Shown in pieces: positions 1 to 9,334 of a stretch of DNA of 54,902 nt (positions within the stretch are counted from its first letter, which is position 1; each line of letters begins with the position of its first letter). The position numbers were made by a program, and so were the translations under genes. The stretch lies in IMG/VR virus record IMGVR_UViG_3300020195_000031, positions 1-54,902 of that record. One strand, written 5' to 3'. Source of the stretch: a virus (taxonomy: Duplodnaviria > Caudoviricetes). The notes below the pieces were generated by a model. The model had not been told where the DNA came from. It was given only the letters and a program-made list of their open reading frames with translations, and did no database searches.

Positions 1-10
1 TTCGACTGTT

Positions 11-955
11 TCATCGGCAAACTTCTCCGAGCCATTTGTCATTGGTAGAACCGTCTCCTTTCAACGGGTTGCGGTCAAATAATGCCTGACGAGCCTTAGA
101 ATCTTCTTCCGAAAGATCACGGAAAATCCATTCAGATTTCAAAATCGACCACATAGATTCTAGACGCCCCTTTAGTGCAAGCTGATAGCTTTCGCTTACT
201 CTCGTCCGCAGGGATGCAATCCGAATATTTGGAGGTCGATACGAGCCATCACAAGCCAATTGGTCGATACCAATAACGGCCTGCTGCGAACCAATCGTTT
301 CACCTGTCAGCCACAGATAAATAGCAAGCTGATCCGCCCACTCGGTATCAATATCCTCCAAGCAACAACTGATATCAATCATGATACCGGCGTGTTTCAT
401 CAATTGTACCGATTTGTGCATCCCACCACCGGGACGAATCTTAACATATCCTTTCTTCGGCGAAGTATTCCGTGAACCACAATACCCATTCACTTTCCAA
501 TCGTAAATGATTCTAGCACCCGTCTCCGAGATAAAGAATACGTCGGGCTTGCCCAACAACGGAATGCCAATATCCAAGCCAAGAGTGCCTTTGATTTCAA
601 ACTCGAAGCTCGGAAGCCCGACGCCTTTAGACAATTCCATCATCAGGTCAGCCAACGCTCCCGATTCTTGATACACCTTGAAGCAATGCTTCCCGGCAGC
701 GTCAGCAAAATCCCGGTTGTGCGGTTCGACCTGTGCTTCAAAAATCGTATCACGCTCGAAGCGAGGGTCTTTACCGACCAACCGTTCGTACAAGTAGCTC
801 TTGACTTCGGCATCGAACGCCGAACCGACGCTCATTGCATCCGTTTGTGCAAAACGATCCGGCCGTTCGTCGGCTAGATAGATGCGATAGTATTCGTCCC
901 TGTTGTTTTCAAACATCTTGAGACTTGTGGGGCTGATGTGCTTTGGAAATTTCAT
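11..955 (-). CDS. PD-(D/E)XK (Cas4/RecB-like) exonuclease
   Basis: N-terminal HISPTSLKMF, AMSVGSAFD, and nuclease motifs GKPD...YDWK...QLAIY. Confidence 0.75.
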   Translation of the reverse strand: MKFPKHISPTSLKMFENNRDEYYRIYLADERPDRFAQTDAMSVGSAFDAEVKSYLYERLVGKDPRFERDTIFEAQVEPHNRDFADAAGKHCFKVYQESGALADLMMELSKGVGLPSFEFEIKGTLGLDIGIPLLGKPDVFFISETGARIIYDWKVNGYCGSRNTSPKKGYVKIRPGGGMHKSVQLMKHAGIMIDISCCLEDIDTEWADQLAIYLWLTGETIGSQQAVIGIDQLACDGSYRPPNIRIASLRTRVSESYQLALKGRLESMWSILKSEWIFRDLSEEDSKARQALFDRNPLKGDGSTNDKWLGEVCR

Positions 956-1217
956 TACATTCCTTTAGGAAATTGATTTGCAAATCACGGCGACGAACCA
1001 TAAATGCTTGTAGCCGTATTTCTGGAGCTTGAAAACCATCCCAAGGGCCAAGCAAGGGAATGAATCGAGGATCATTTCCCGGAAGGTACGGCCACGCTAC
1101 TTCCTTGGACATGGCCGATAGGTCGCGTTGTGCTTGAATAGCCATCCGTGCCTGTTCGACGAGAGCATTGAGGCGACGAATCTCTGTGATTAGTTCGATT
1201 TCTTCGAGGTCGATCAT
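909..1217 (-). CDS. hypothetical protein
   Basis: 102-aa ORF, ATGA overlap with the upstream gene. Confidence 0.55.
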   Translation of the reverse strand: MIDLEEIELITEIRRLNALVEQARMAIQAQRDLSAMSKEVAWPYLPGNDPRFIPLLGPWDGFQAPEIRLQAFMVRRRDLQINFLKECNEISKAHQPHKSQDV

Positions 1218-1507
1218 TTATCACCTACTTCCGGTTCGTCGTCATACATTTCACGATCCTCAGTACCTTGAATGGGATTGATCTTCTGCCTTTCTTTAAT
1301 GGCATCCCGGTCGATCACCCATTCCCAACGATCCGTCGTCTCCTTGAATAAGGGAAGCCTTTTGACCAGTGGCGTATTACATTGGAAGCAGGTTATCCTT
1401 TTGAGGATTGTTGTTGGAATCACCGTTTGACATTTAGGACATTTGTTCATGCTTTCACATCCAATATAGAAAGGTTCGACGATGCCTGATAGTGCAGGTA
1501 CATTCAT
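1214..1507 (-). CDS. zinc-ribbon protein (start may be 1450)
   Basis: CPKC...CFQC motif pair; coupled to neighbours. Confidence 0.55.
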   Translation of the reverse strand: MNVPALSGIVEPFYIGCESMNKCPKCQTVIPTTILKRITCFQCNTPLVKRLPLFKETTDRWEWVIDRDAIKERQKINPIQGTEDREMYDDEPEVGDK

Positions 1508-2082
1508 ACTCCCGCCGCTTTGTGAGCGGTCTTAGTTTGGGTTCTTGATTTCCAAAGCACGTTATCCACGTTGCATTTTTTCACGGCTGTTTTGTTGTCG
1601 TTGTAGATTACAAAATCGGAGCCAGACATTCCGTACTCGTCAAACATTTGAATTGCTAACCGTATTGCTCGATGTTCAGCTTCATTGATATCTGTTTCAG
1701 GAATGATTCTTGAAACAATATTTATTTGGCCGTCACAGAACAAGAGGACAGCAGCAATTCGTGTTCGCCCATTCTTGGTGCTAGCATCAGTAAAGGCGGT
1801 ATGGGTCGTGACGGGTGACGAGTCAAAACTAGAAATCAACGCCATTGCTGCTTCGAGTTGACCCTTATCAGACTCAACATATTTATACTCTTTGACCTTT
1901 CTAATAAAAGTGGAAAATTTGCAAGAGTCGGAGCAGGCCATGCCATCTAGTTGGTACTTGTACCTCCGAAATCTATCGCACCAAAGATTATGCTTATCTA
2001 CTTTGAGGTGATATTGATTGCAGAGACGAAACCTGTTACCAAACTCTTGACGGAGTAAAGTTATATCATCCGTCGAGAACAT
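1504..2082 (-). CDS. RNase H-like protein with an extra N-terminal domain
   Basis: FTDAS, INEAEHRA, IYNDN and terminal AHKAA match the RNase HI motif order; GGAGG before ATG 2082. Confidence 0.7.
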   Translation of the reverse strand: MFSTDDITLLRQEFGNRFRLCNQYHLKVDKHNLWCDRFRRYKYQLDGMACSDSCKFSTFIRKVKEYKYVESDKGQLEAAMALISSFDSSPVTTHTAFTDASTKNGRTRIAAVLLFCDGQINIVSRIIPETDINEAEHRAIRLAIQMFDEYGMSGSDFVIYNDNKTAVKKCNVDNVLWKSRTQTKTAHKAAGV

Positions 2083-3121
2083 CACGCTTCCTCCAGTATT
2101 TTGCCTCCTTGGGGATTCCATCATCTGTTAGCTCACGGTACCTGAAAGTCACAAGCGTGCTGCGAGGAAAATGCTTAGCCCACACTGGAGACGGACATTC
2201 TGTATCAGGATTCAGTGCTGCCCACTTATACGCATAGTCAGTTTCAGGATTTGGGCATGTCAATTCGCGCTCAGAATCAGTAAAACCTGATAGCTCAAAA
2301 TACTTACCTTCCCAACGAACCTTCAATGCTCCCATCATACCGAGAAGCTTTGAACCCTTGTCCGTTGCACGACCCGTCGTATAACCGACCACCATTGCTT
2401 CGGCATCATTAAAAGGTTTCATCTTTAACAGGTTATGCGTCCGTTGAGGCAACCAACACGCCGACGGATTGCGGACGATGATACCTTCACCGCCTTGCTC
2501 GACGATACCGTCTAGCAATGCACCTAATCCAGCAAGAGGAACAGAATGTTGCTCATGCAGGACACAAACGTCGTTCCAAAAATCTTTCCTGCTTTGCAGA
2601 ACAGTGTAGATTTCACGAAACGGTTGCATCCGTCCAGCAAACTCTTCATAACCGTCCAAATAGGTCAGCACACCGGCTGGAAACACAATCTTTCGGCCTC
2701 CATTGATTCTAACCTCACCAGCACCCCAAACGACGGTTCGATTCGGAGAATCAATAACACGGTACTCGACACCCTGCCACGCATCATTGCCAAAAGCACT
2801 AACCGTTGAGCGGAGCCGTTGAAAGTTTCCTCGTCCCATGTACAACTCGCCATCCAAAGGAATTGGCGGCAGCTTATCAAGCCACCAATCGGGTGCTCGA
2901 ACGACCTTGGCATACCGTGACCAGAGGCCGGTAGCCTTGACTCGTTCCTTGAGCCTAGAATCTTTCTCAGTATTGGCGTAGGGAACCTCATCAGCCCAAC
3001 GACCTCGCGATACTCCACCGTCCCAATACGCCCTCATACCATCAAGTTTTTCGCTCCACCACCAACCTTTAATATCTTGAGTAGTATATTTTTGAGCCAA
3101 CATTAAAAATTCACGTTTCAT
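2066..3121 (-). CDS. ATP-dependent DNA ligase
   Basis: EKLDG (motif I), LDGELY, GGEGIIVR, LLKMK and a C-terminal OB-fold (TFRYRELTDDGIP). Confidence 0.92.
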   Translation of the reverse strand: MKREFLMLAQKYTTQDIKGWWWSEKLDGMRAYWDGGVSRGRWADEVPYANTEKDSRLKERVKATGLWSRYAKVVRAPDWWLDKLPPIPLDGELYMGRGNFQRLRSTVSAFGNDAWQGVEYRVIDSPNRTVVWGAGEVRINGGRKIVFPAGVLTYLDGYEEFAGRMQPFREIYTVLQSRKDFWNDVCVLHEQHSVPLAGLGALLDGIVEQGGEGIIVRNPSACWLPQRTHNLLKMKPFNDAEAMVVGYTTGRATDKGSKLLGMMGALKVRWEGKYFELSGFTDSERELTCPNPETDYAYKWAALNPDTECPSPVWAKHFPRSTLVTFRYRELTDDGIPKEAKYWRKRDVLDG

Positions 3122-3285
3122 ATCCTGCTCCTAAACAAAGTGTTGTCGTAGGTAAAGGCGTCATGAATTTGGTACTCAATAATATCCGAATCCCCTGTTA
3201 AGTCGGACTCTTCCACCTTTTCTACGATCACAATAGCTTCCGGGGTTGCTCTCTCAAGATGAGCAATCAATTCTTTAACGGTCAT
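3118..3285 (-). CDS. small hypothetical protein (MTVKELIAHLERATPEA...)
   Basis: 55-aa ORF below the track cutoff; ATGA overlaps at both ends; MTVxELI-type phage N-terminus. Confidence 0.6.
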   Translation of the reverse strand: MTVKELIAHLERATPEAIVIVEKVEESDLTGDSDIIEYQIHDAFTYDNTLFRSRI

Positions 3286-3476
3286 AGTAATCGTACTCCT
3301 TTGCGTATTACGCGGTGTCCGATATGAGATGGAAAATCTCTAGGCGAAGTAGGTTGGGTGCATTTTGAGCAGATACGATTGTGCGGGCCATAAGACTCAA
3401 ACATTTTCTCACAGCCACCGAGACAACGCCTAGGTGATGTCGGGAGCTTTTTTGGCCTGTTCCTTGATCGTTTCAT
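3282..3476 (-). CDS. small zinc-finger protein
   Basis: RRCLGGC...FES.GPHNRICSKC motif. Confidence 0.6.
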   Translation of the reverse strand: MKRSRNRPKKLPTSPRRCLGGCEKMFESYGPHNRICSKCTQPTSPRDFPSHIGHRVIRKGVRLL

Positions 3477-3825
3477 TGGGCTTACTCATGAAGGCGGCTA
3501 ATCTGGCCAATTCAACGTATAAGCCCCCACGAGTAACGCCATCAATATACTCACTAAGAGGCGTAACATCAACGCCACGCTCAGCGTACTCGTGAAGCAG
3601 ATCATCCATGATTTCAGGAACAAAATCTTGCCACGTTTTGGCGAATGCCCGATCTATTTCAGCATCGAAGGCCATTTCACCATTAGGATAATGACCCTTT
3701 AAATAATTTGCACAATGCTCGATTCGCTTGGATTCACCGACTCTGACCAGCATCTTGATTGTATTCAACAGGTGGTCATTAGACATTTCAGCAATATCGA
3801 CTTCTTTTGTTTTCCAATTTGGCAT
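3430..3825 (-). CDS. hypothetical phage protein
   Basis: WKTK...IAEMSNDHLLNTIKML pattern common in phage ORFs; start trimmed to MPNW. Confidence 0.55.
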   Translation of the reverse strand: MPNWKTKEVDIAEMSNDHLLNTIKMLVRVGESKRIEHCANYLKGHYPNGEMAFDAEIDRAFAKTWQDFVPEIMDDLLHEYAERGVDVTPLSEYIDGVTRGGLYVELARLAAFMSKPNETIKEQAKKAPDIT

Positions 3826-3848
3826 TTGAAAATCCTTTGTGCCGGATA

Positions 3849-4088
3849 TCATCCTTCCCAATAGTTGCGACAAACAACCTTCGGCTCCTTGTAGGTAGAA
3901 TCTTTTGCAATCTGCTTACACAGTGTGAGCGTCTTATTTGTCCAATAGGGACGATCCGGACTCGTCTCGTCACCTCCATTATCTTGAGCCATCTTTCGGG
4001 CTGCAAGGGGTGACGGTGCAGCAATAACGAAGCTGACTGCATCGCCATAGCTTGCTCTTTCAATACGTGTCAATAAATATAGTTTCAT
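3849..4088 (-). CDS. hypothetical protein
   Basis: MKLYLL...SFVIAAPS..ARKMA, typical small phage ORF; GGAGG RBS. Confidence 0.6.
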   Translation of the reverse strand: MKLYLLTRIERASYGDAVSFVIAAPSPLAARKMAQDNGGDETSPDRPYWTNKTLTLCKQIAKDSTYKEPKVVCRNYWEG

Positions 4089-4089
4089 G

Positions 4090-4356
4090 TCACGCCTCCA
4101 AAAGTAGGTCAAGCTCCGTCGCAAGATACCGAGCCATTTCTCGGTATATTCTGAGAACGTCTTTTCGTTGCGTCGGGCCAGTGGTTAGGTCAATACCCGC
4201 TGCTTTCAGAATCTTTTCATTCTGCGTGTGCCACCATTCAGTATCGGTGGATAATGTATTAGGATGTTGATTCCTTGCAAGTGTTAATGTCATTGCAATA
4301 TGCGACATGAAGCCCGGAGCTTCATTCGCTAGCAATGTTTCATAGGTTGTCAGCAT
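4090..4356 (-). CDS. hypothetical protein
   Basis: 88-aa ORF in operon order. Confidence 0.55.
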   Translation of the reverse strand: MLTTYETLLANEAPGFMSHIAMTLTLARNQHPNTLSTDTEWWHTQNEKILKAAGIDLTTGPTQRKDVLRIYREMARYLATELDLLLEA

Positions 4357-4366
4357 TTTAGTTCCT

Positions 4367-4394
4367 AAAAAGACGGCGGGTTGAACCCGCCGTC
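4367..4394 (-). terminator. intrinsic terminator
   Basis: GACGGCGGGT-TCA-ACCCGCCGTC stem followed by TTTTT on the minus strand. Confidence 0.75.
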
Positions 4395-4397
4395 CGG

Positions 4398-4541
4398 TTA
4401 TCGACCGAGGGCAAGGAAGATCGCCGCTGCCAATGCAGACGCTCCTAGCAAGAAATTCTGCATCTCAAATTGCACGTTTGTGATAGTGCAAAGGCCATAC
4501 AGTAGCAGAAAAATCGCTAGAAGGATGATTCCAATTTTCAT
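4398..4541 (-). CDS. 47-aa two-TM membrane protein
   Basis: MKIGIILLAIFLLLYGL...LLGASALAAAIFLALGR; GGAGG RBS; followed by a terminator; missed by the ORF track. Confidence 0.7.
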   Translation of the reverse strand: MKIGIILLAIFLLLYGLCTITNVQFEMQNFLLGASALAAAIFLALGR

Positions 4542-4567
4542 AAAACCTCCAAGTAATGCTCATGATT

Positions 4568-4864
4568 TTACGCTCCAAGATAGCCGAGAAGAGGCTGCTC
4601 TTTCTTCAAGCGACGCCGAACAGTACGCTTCGTTCCGTCCTTGCCAACCTGAATAGACATTACCGTTTTCGTGACCGCCTTGGCAACGTCACCAATACCA
4701 TCACGGTAATCACGGATTTTGATTCCAGCTTCTTTCAGCACCTTGTAGATAGTGCCGACCGAAAACTCATCGCCTTCGTAGCCTCGCACTGTTTTCTGGA
4801 TATACTTGGCGTGGTAGCCGCACATGCCGAGCAACTCAATACAGTGTCTCGTCGAGTCTAACAT
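4568..4864 (-). CDS. putative HTH DNA-binding protein
   Basis: GYHAKYIQ...FSVGTIYKVLKEAGIK helix-turn-helix-like pattern; basic C-terminus. Confidence 0.5.
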   Translation of the reverse strand: MLDSTRHCIELLGMCGYHAKYIQKTVRGYEGDEFSVGTIYKVLKEAGIKIRDYRDGIGDVAKAVTKTVMSIQVGKDGTKRTVRRRLKKEQPLLGYLGA

Positions 4865-4878
4865 GATATTTTCCTTTT

Positions 4879-5079
4879 TTAAATTGCCACGATCATTTTG
4901 ATTCTACCATCAGGTTGCTGTTCGGTTTTGTTGAGATTAAAGACGCGTTGATCGAGGGACATACAGGTCAGTGCTACTGCTGCAAAACCTTGTTTTGCTT
5001 CTAGCTCTGTCTCAGCACCTTCAACGAATACGTCCCATTTTCTGGATTCTTCGCAATACTCGAAGGTTACTTTGAACAT
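4879..5079 (-). CDS. hypothetical protein
   Basis: 66-aa ORF overlapping the helicase end. Confidence 0.5.
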   Translation of the reverse strand: MFKVTFEYCEESRKWDVFVEGAETELEAKQGFAAVALTCMSLDQRVFNLNKTEQQPDGRIKMIVAI

Positions 5080-6536
5080 TCATTTACCCAAATTAGGTGT
5101 TCTTGTGCTCGGGTGATGGCCACGTATTTCAGATTTTCTTCCTGCTTCACCTGCCACGGTTTTTTGGCAGACGGGTGTGGCAATAGCTCCGGATGCAGAA
5201 TGTAGACGGTTTTGGCTTCCAATCCTTTCGATTTGTGAACGGTCGCAAAGGTGACGCCGGGTGATGCAGAATCAGAAAAGATGTCGTTGATCTGTTTAAT
5301 GATTCCAGCAACATTATCGGTTCTGGTTCCGAGAGCAATGAGAGTATCGCACTTGTCTCCAATGGCCGCTGCCTCAACATCGCGTCCCATTGATTTGAGG
5401 CGTCCGACATTTGTACGACGAAATTCTTCGACTGCTTCGCTGAATCTGACAAGGTTATCCTCCGGTCTAAGCCCTAACGATTCGATGAAAGCAATCAGGC
5501 CCGTACCAATCTCACGCCCCAACACCTTAGCACGACGACCCTCCCGGATCATCCGTAGACAGTTTTGCACTAACGGGGCGGTCGTTCTGCACAAGGCGTA
5601 GTCGCCATCCATCGGCTTAAAATCTTTCGTTGTCGTCACCGATCCTTCGGGAGCCTTATCAGAAGCTTCGATATGCGGAACGATAGCCTGTGCCGCTTTG
5701 ACGACTTCCTTGGAGCAACGATAACAAATGCTCAAAGGTGCATGGGTAGCCTTTAACGCTACGGCCAGCTTGTCGATAGCATCAACGTCCGCCCCTCTGA
5801 ACCCGTAGATAGCCTGATAGTCATCACCGATAGCAACGATATGTCCGGTGTGATTCACCATCCGGCTAACCAGTTGAATCTGGCAAGGGTTCAAGTCCTG
5901 TGCTTCGTCGATGAATACCCAATCGTACTTTTCGATTGCCATATTGTGCAAAATCGGATAGTAGAGCATGTCATCGAAATCAATCCATGTATGCTCGCTA
6001 ACGCAATGCAGCCACGTTTCTTGCACGAGCGTCCGCCAATCGAAGGCTTTGAGAGCAGGCACTTCAATACCGTGCTTCTCACAAAGCTCGGCGACGAGTC
6101 CAAAATCAACCGTGCGTTCAGTGTACGCTTGAGCCTTGAGCAAACCGATCACCTTGGTAACCGGCATTTTGACTTTGTAATACTCTTTCTTTGATTCTGA
6201 ATTCAATTCCTTGAACCTCATAACGTCCCATTGCAAGATTTTCTGCGTCTTATCCTTGTCGATATTGTACCGACCACGCCAATGATTTCGGACGCAGCCA
6301 AAGCCGAACGAGCTTAGAGTCGAAGCCAGAACATTCTTAGGCACACGACGTTTGAGTTCGTCGGCAATCGTATTCGTGAATGTCCCGAAAAAGACCTTAC
6401 TTGTAGGATCAAGCTGCTCCAGACTCTTGATTGCTGTCGTCGTTTTGCCGGAACCGGCAACCGCTTTCACAATCAAATGACCAGAAGGATTCTTGATCCA
6501 ATCGAAGATAGCCTGTTGATACTTGGAAGGTGTCAT
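5067..6536 (-). CDS. UvrD/Rep-family SF1 helicase
   Basis: AVAGSGKTT, IDEAQD, GDDYQAIYGFRGA, YRCS, TVHKSKGLE, YVAITRA. Confidence 0.95.
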   Translation of the reverse strand: MTPSKYQQAIFDWIKNPSGHLIVKAVAGSGKTTTAIKSLEQLDPTSKVFFGTFTNTIADELKRRVPKNVLASTLSSFGFGCVRNHWRGRYNIDKDKTQKILQWDVMRFKELNSESKKEYYKVKMPVTKVIGLLKAQAYTERTVDFGLVAELCEKHGIEVPALKAFDWRTLVQETWLHCVSEHTWIDFDDMLYYPILHNMAIEKYDWVFIDEAQDLNPCQIQLVSRMVNHTGHIVAIGDDYQAIYGFRGADVDAIDKLAVALKATHAPLSICYRCSKEVVKAAQAIVPHIEASDKAPEGSVTTTKDFKPMDGDYALCRTTAPLVQNCLRMIREGRRAKVLGREIGTGLIAFIESLGLRPEDNLVRFSEAVEEFRRTNVGRLKSMGRDVEAAAIGDKCDTLIALGTRTDNVAGIIKQINDIFSDSASPGVTFATVHKSKGLEAKTVYILHPELLPHPSAKKPWQVKQEENLKYVAITRAQEHLIWVNECSK

Positions 6537-6549
6537 GTAAGTTCCGATG

Positions 6550-6777
6550 TTAAAGGTTAATTGATTCTAGAAGCTCGATCACTTCTTCCGTCCGGGAGCG
6601 TCATTCCAAGCGGTAGCACCTGAATATTCAGTTTTTTCCACAATATGGTTATGTAGTTTGCGGACTGATTCTTCGGCTAGAAAGATTGCACTATACGGAA
6701 ATTGATTTCCTTGCTTGTCTTGATAATAGTTACCTTGACACCAGCCATACTTTTTGATAATTTCCGATGGTTTCATA
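6550..6777 (-). pseudogene. DUF6197-like protein, frameshifted near the C-terminus
   Basis: IIKKYGWCQG...WNDAPGR; the expected tail (T)EEVIELLESINL continues in another frame after the stop at 6579. Confidence 0.45.
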
Positions 6778-6880
6778 TTAGTACGGCCCAACACTTTAGA
6801 CCCTTGAACCGTTCAGGGGTCGATCCAGTATGTACCCTCCTGTCTGGTCTTGAAGAAGAACAATACAGTATGCATCAATA

Positions 6881-7105
6881 CTAAATTTCTTCATTGAAAT
6901 GTTTCCTTGCTGCCTTGCGAGCGTCCTTGAAATCACCAACATATTGTTCGCCTGTGCGTCCCTTTCCTAAAAAGTAGAGTTTGCGTCCAGTAATGCGGTA
7001 ACTGCCTTTCGACGTATGAGCGATGAATCCTCCGACGCCATGCTCATTCCAATCTAGTTTTTCTTTAGCATCAAGATTAAAGTTTTTGAAATCACTTTGT
7101 GGCAT
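6881..7105 (-). CDS. hypothetical protein
   Basis: ORF from MPQSDF, coupled to the upstream gene. Confidence 0.5.
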   Translation of the reverse strand: MPQSDFKNFNLDAKEKLDWNEHGVGGFIAHTSKGSYRITGRKLYFLGKGRTGEQYVGDFKDARKAARKHFNEEI

Positions 7106-7583
7106 AGACCTTAGCTCCACGAGGCATACGTGTGAAATTCATTAGACGCTTGAAAGCCTGCTCTGCTTCACCGTCTGTTCGAGCCAGCACCTCACGCTTT
7201 GATGTTACGCCTTTGCTGGCCCACTCGATTGTCCAACCAATGATTGGAAACTCATTAACTTCGTATTCGACGCCAGCAAGCTTGAGACTGATGATAGACT
7301 CAAGATTGATATTTCGATAGCAGGTCTTGGCAATATCTTCACGCTTACTTTCAGGCTGTCCCTGCATATCAGCGTTAAATTTTTGAACGTCGAATACGCA
7401 ACAAAGATTCTTGTCGTCAGGATCGTACTTGGCACCACGACCTGTCACACCCAAACTGACGCCTTTACGACACAGTATGTCACGAACCTCACCCGTCGTC
7501 CGCTTGATGAATTTGACAGAGAATAGTTTGTTCTCGTCATACTCTTTGATCTTCTGTGCTGCTGTATCATTATTGATTTTCAT
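7092..7583 (-). CDS. SH3/WYL-like beta-barrel phage protein
   Basis: FSVKFIKRTTGEVR...VFDVQK...YRNINLESI pattern. Confidence 0.5.
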   Translation of the reverse strand: MKINNDTAAQKIKEYDENKLFSVKFIKRTTGEVRDILCRKGVSLGVTGRGAKYDPDDKNLCCVFDVQKFNADMQGQPESKREDIAKTCYRNINLESIISLKLAGVEYEVNEFPIIGWTIEWASKGVTSKREVLARTDGEAEQAFKRLMNFTRMPRGAKVYATK

Positions 7584-7800
7584 TACAAACCTTTCTTGGC
7601 ACACGGGCCACTGTCAAATTCAAATGCCTCAAACTCACGTTCAAGGGGAACCAGACCGTATTGTTTGATTGCTTTTCACTGTAGAGACTACACCACGGCA
7701 ATTTTGTAGCATTCAGAGCAATACGTAAATTTCTTTCATTGTCTGTATGAGCAACAAGGTAATTGCCACCCAGCCCAAAGGTAACGTATAATTTCATCAT
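7570..7800 (-). CDS. hypothetical protein
   Basis: MMKLYVTFG... ORF, start trimmed. Confidence 0.45.
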   Translation of the reverse strand: MMKLYVTFGLGGNYLVAHTDNERNLRIALNATKLPWCSLYSEKQSNNTVWFPLNVSLRHLNLTVARVPRKVCNENQ

Positions 7801-7981
7801 AGTCCCTATCGTCAAGGATAATTGTAATTGTTTTTTGCAGCAAAAGATTTGTGGCTCGTTTTGTCCTAATAAGAACAGTCGTTGCGACGCGTCCTTTATT
7901 CTTTTCAATCTCGCCAAGAATTATCGAATCGTCGGGCAAATCTTTTATCGCTTCACGAAGCTCGCCGATTGTTAGAGTCAT
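7736..7981 (-). CDS. hypothetical protein (MTLTIGELREAIKDLPDD...)
   Basis: typical small phage N-terminus; start trimmed to lie downstream of the terminator. Confidence 0.45.
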   Translation of the reverse strand: MTLTIGELREAIKDLPDDSIILGEIEKNKGRVATTVLIRTKRATNLLLQKTITIILDDRDYDEIIRYLWAGWQLPCCSYRQ

Positions 7982-7991
7982 TTTGCGCCTT

Positions 7992-8031
7992 AAAAGAAAA
8001 CGACGGCTAGACCGTACCGATCTAGCCGTCG
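7992..8031 (-). terminator. intrinsic terminator
   Basis: CGACGGCTAGA/TCTAGCCGTCG stem followed by TTTTCTTTT on the minus strand. Confidence 0.75.
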
Positions 8032-8042
8032 CGTCAGGAGGA

Positions 8043-8405
8043 CTAAAGTTCACAAACCTCTACGAGCACACAATCAGCTTTTTCTCCAACCTTGACAACC
8101 CGAACGGACTTGACGGGGATCGCCGGTTTGGAGACACCGTGTTTGCGGATTACCAACTCTCGTGCTTTTGGCATCAAGATACCCTTCCACCCAAACAATG
8201 CCTGATCTTCCATATCTCGACAAACCCACTTGACAGTACGACCGACGATACATGGAAGATAGATCAGACAATATAAGAATGGAGGATTTCCTTCTGTCAA
8301 TCCGACATGCAACTTCACCATTTTCGTCGGATCGTTTGCAGTTAGAATCATTCCCTCTGTGGGAGGGGCTTTCAGTGCAACATCATACTCTTCTTGCCAA
8401 GTCAT
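8043..8405 (-). CDS. hypothetical protein
   Basis: ORF from MTWQEEY overlapping the sigma gene end. Confidence 0.55.
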   Translation of the reverse strand: MTWQEEYDVALKAPPTEGMILTANDPTKMVKLHVGLTEGNPPFLYCLIYLPCIVGRTVKWVCRDMEDQALFGWKGILMPKARELVIRKHGVSKPAIPVKSVRVVKVGEKADCVLVEVCEL

Positions 8406-9063
8406 TTTTAGCACCCTTTTCAATTTCAAGAAATCTTTTTTCAATTGCTGTTCGCAATTGTGCAATTCGTTGAGGTGAGTAACACAAAATAGCACCGACT
8501 TCACGATCAGACAAGCCTTTAAGACGTAACCGAACAATCTCACGATCAACGGTTCCCGTACAAGCCTTGTCGATCATATCTCGCAATATTACACTATTTA
8601 GAAAACCAGCCTCAGCGATCTGCTCCGTGCTATCCTCACTCCGCGATGGGGGCCTGCGTTTCCCTTTGTATTTGCGGAATGTTGAATCAGGGACACGAAC
8701 ACAATGGTCATTGCAAAGGAACCTATCCAAATAGCTATGCACTGTTGCTATAATGTACGGCGTTATATTGTTGTCGTACATATTCTCTTTGGCCATACTG
8801 ACTGCTTCGGCGACAGCGAGAAAGCTCTCCGATACTAGATCGTTTGATTTTCGCAGCAGTCCCGAACGTGTCAAATAGCGGCCAACGATTTGTGAAGCTA
8901 TCCGAAGATGCCCTTGAATGATCGTATTCGCTACGCTCAGATCACCCTGTCTTAACCGGATCACCAGATTTTCAAGCTCAGTTGGGGATATAGGCTCTGG
9001 AAGCAATCTACTCATCCAGTGCTTGTAGCTCCTAGCCTTAATCCTCATGCGGCTAAGCAGCAT
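8383..9063 (-). CDS. RNA polymerase sigma-70-family factor (regions 2 and 4)
   Basis: LRQGD..VANTIIQGHLRIA..IVGRY...NDLVSE (region 2); DREIVRLRLKGLSDREVGAILCYSPQRIAQLR (region 4 HTH). Confidence 0.85.
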   Translation of the reverse strand: MLLSRMRIKARSYKHWMSRLLPEPISPTELENLVIRLRQGDLSVANTIIQGHLRIASQIVGRYLTRSGLLRKSNDLVSESFLAVAEAVSMAKENMYDNNITPYIIATVHSYLDRFLCNDHCVRVPDSTFRKYKGKRRPPSRSEDSTEQIAEAGFLNSVILRDMIDKACTGTVDREIVRLRLKGLSDREVGAILCYSPQRIAQLRTAIEKRFLEIEKGAKNDLARRV

Positions 9064-9331
9064 TAGTTTGACCCTTCTGGATTCGCAGGGTGACTGACCG
9101 TCGCGGAATTACGTCGATTGCGGAGCGTTTGTTCAATTGAACACGCACCGGATCAGGGTTGGCAACGAGTTGCACTTCTTCTCCGACAGGAAATGAGTGA
9201 ATGGTGAATGTCTTACCGCTTGAGTCTCGAAACACTTTACCGCTCTTAAAGGCGGTGGACAATTGTTTCGGGGTGGGGAGCTTACGATTCGCGGGGTATA
9301 AAACCGTCATAGGTTCCTTCCTAGGGTTCAA
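9053..9331 (-). CDS. hypothetical protein
   Basis: ORF in operon order. Confidence 0.45.
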   Translation of the reverse strand: MNPRKEPMTVLYPANRKLPTPKQLSTAFKSGKVFRDSSGKTFTIHSFPVGEEVQLVANPDPVRVQLNKRSAIDVIPRRSVTLRIQKGQTNAA

Positions 9332-9334
9332 TCT

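Noticed and set aside
11-955. CRISPR-Cas system suggested by the Cas4-like nuclease
   Set aside because: No repeat-spacer array or other cas genes seen; solo phage exonuclease.
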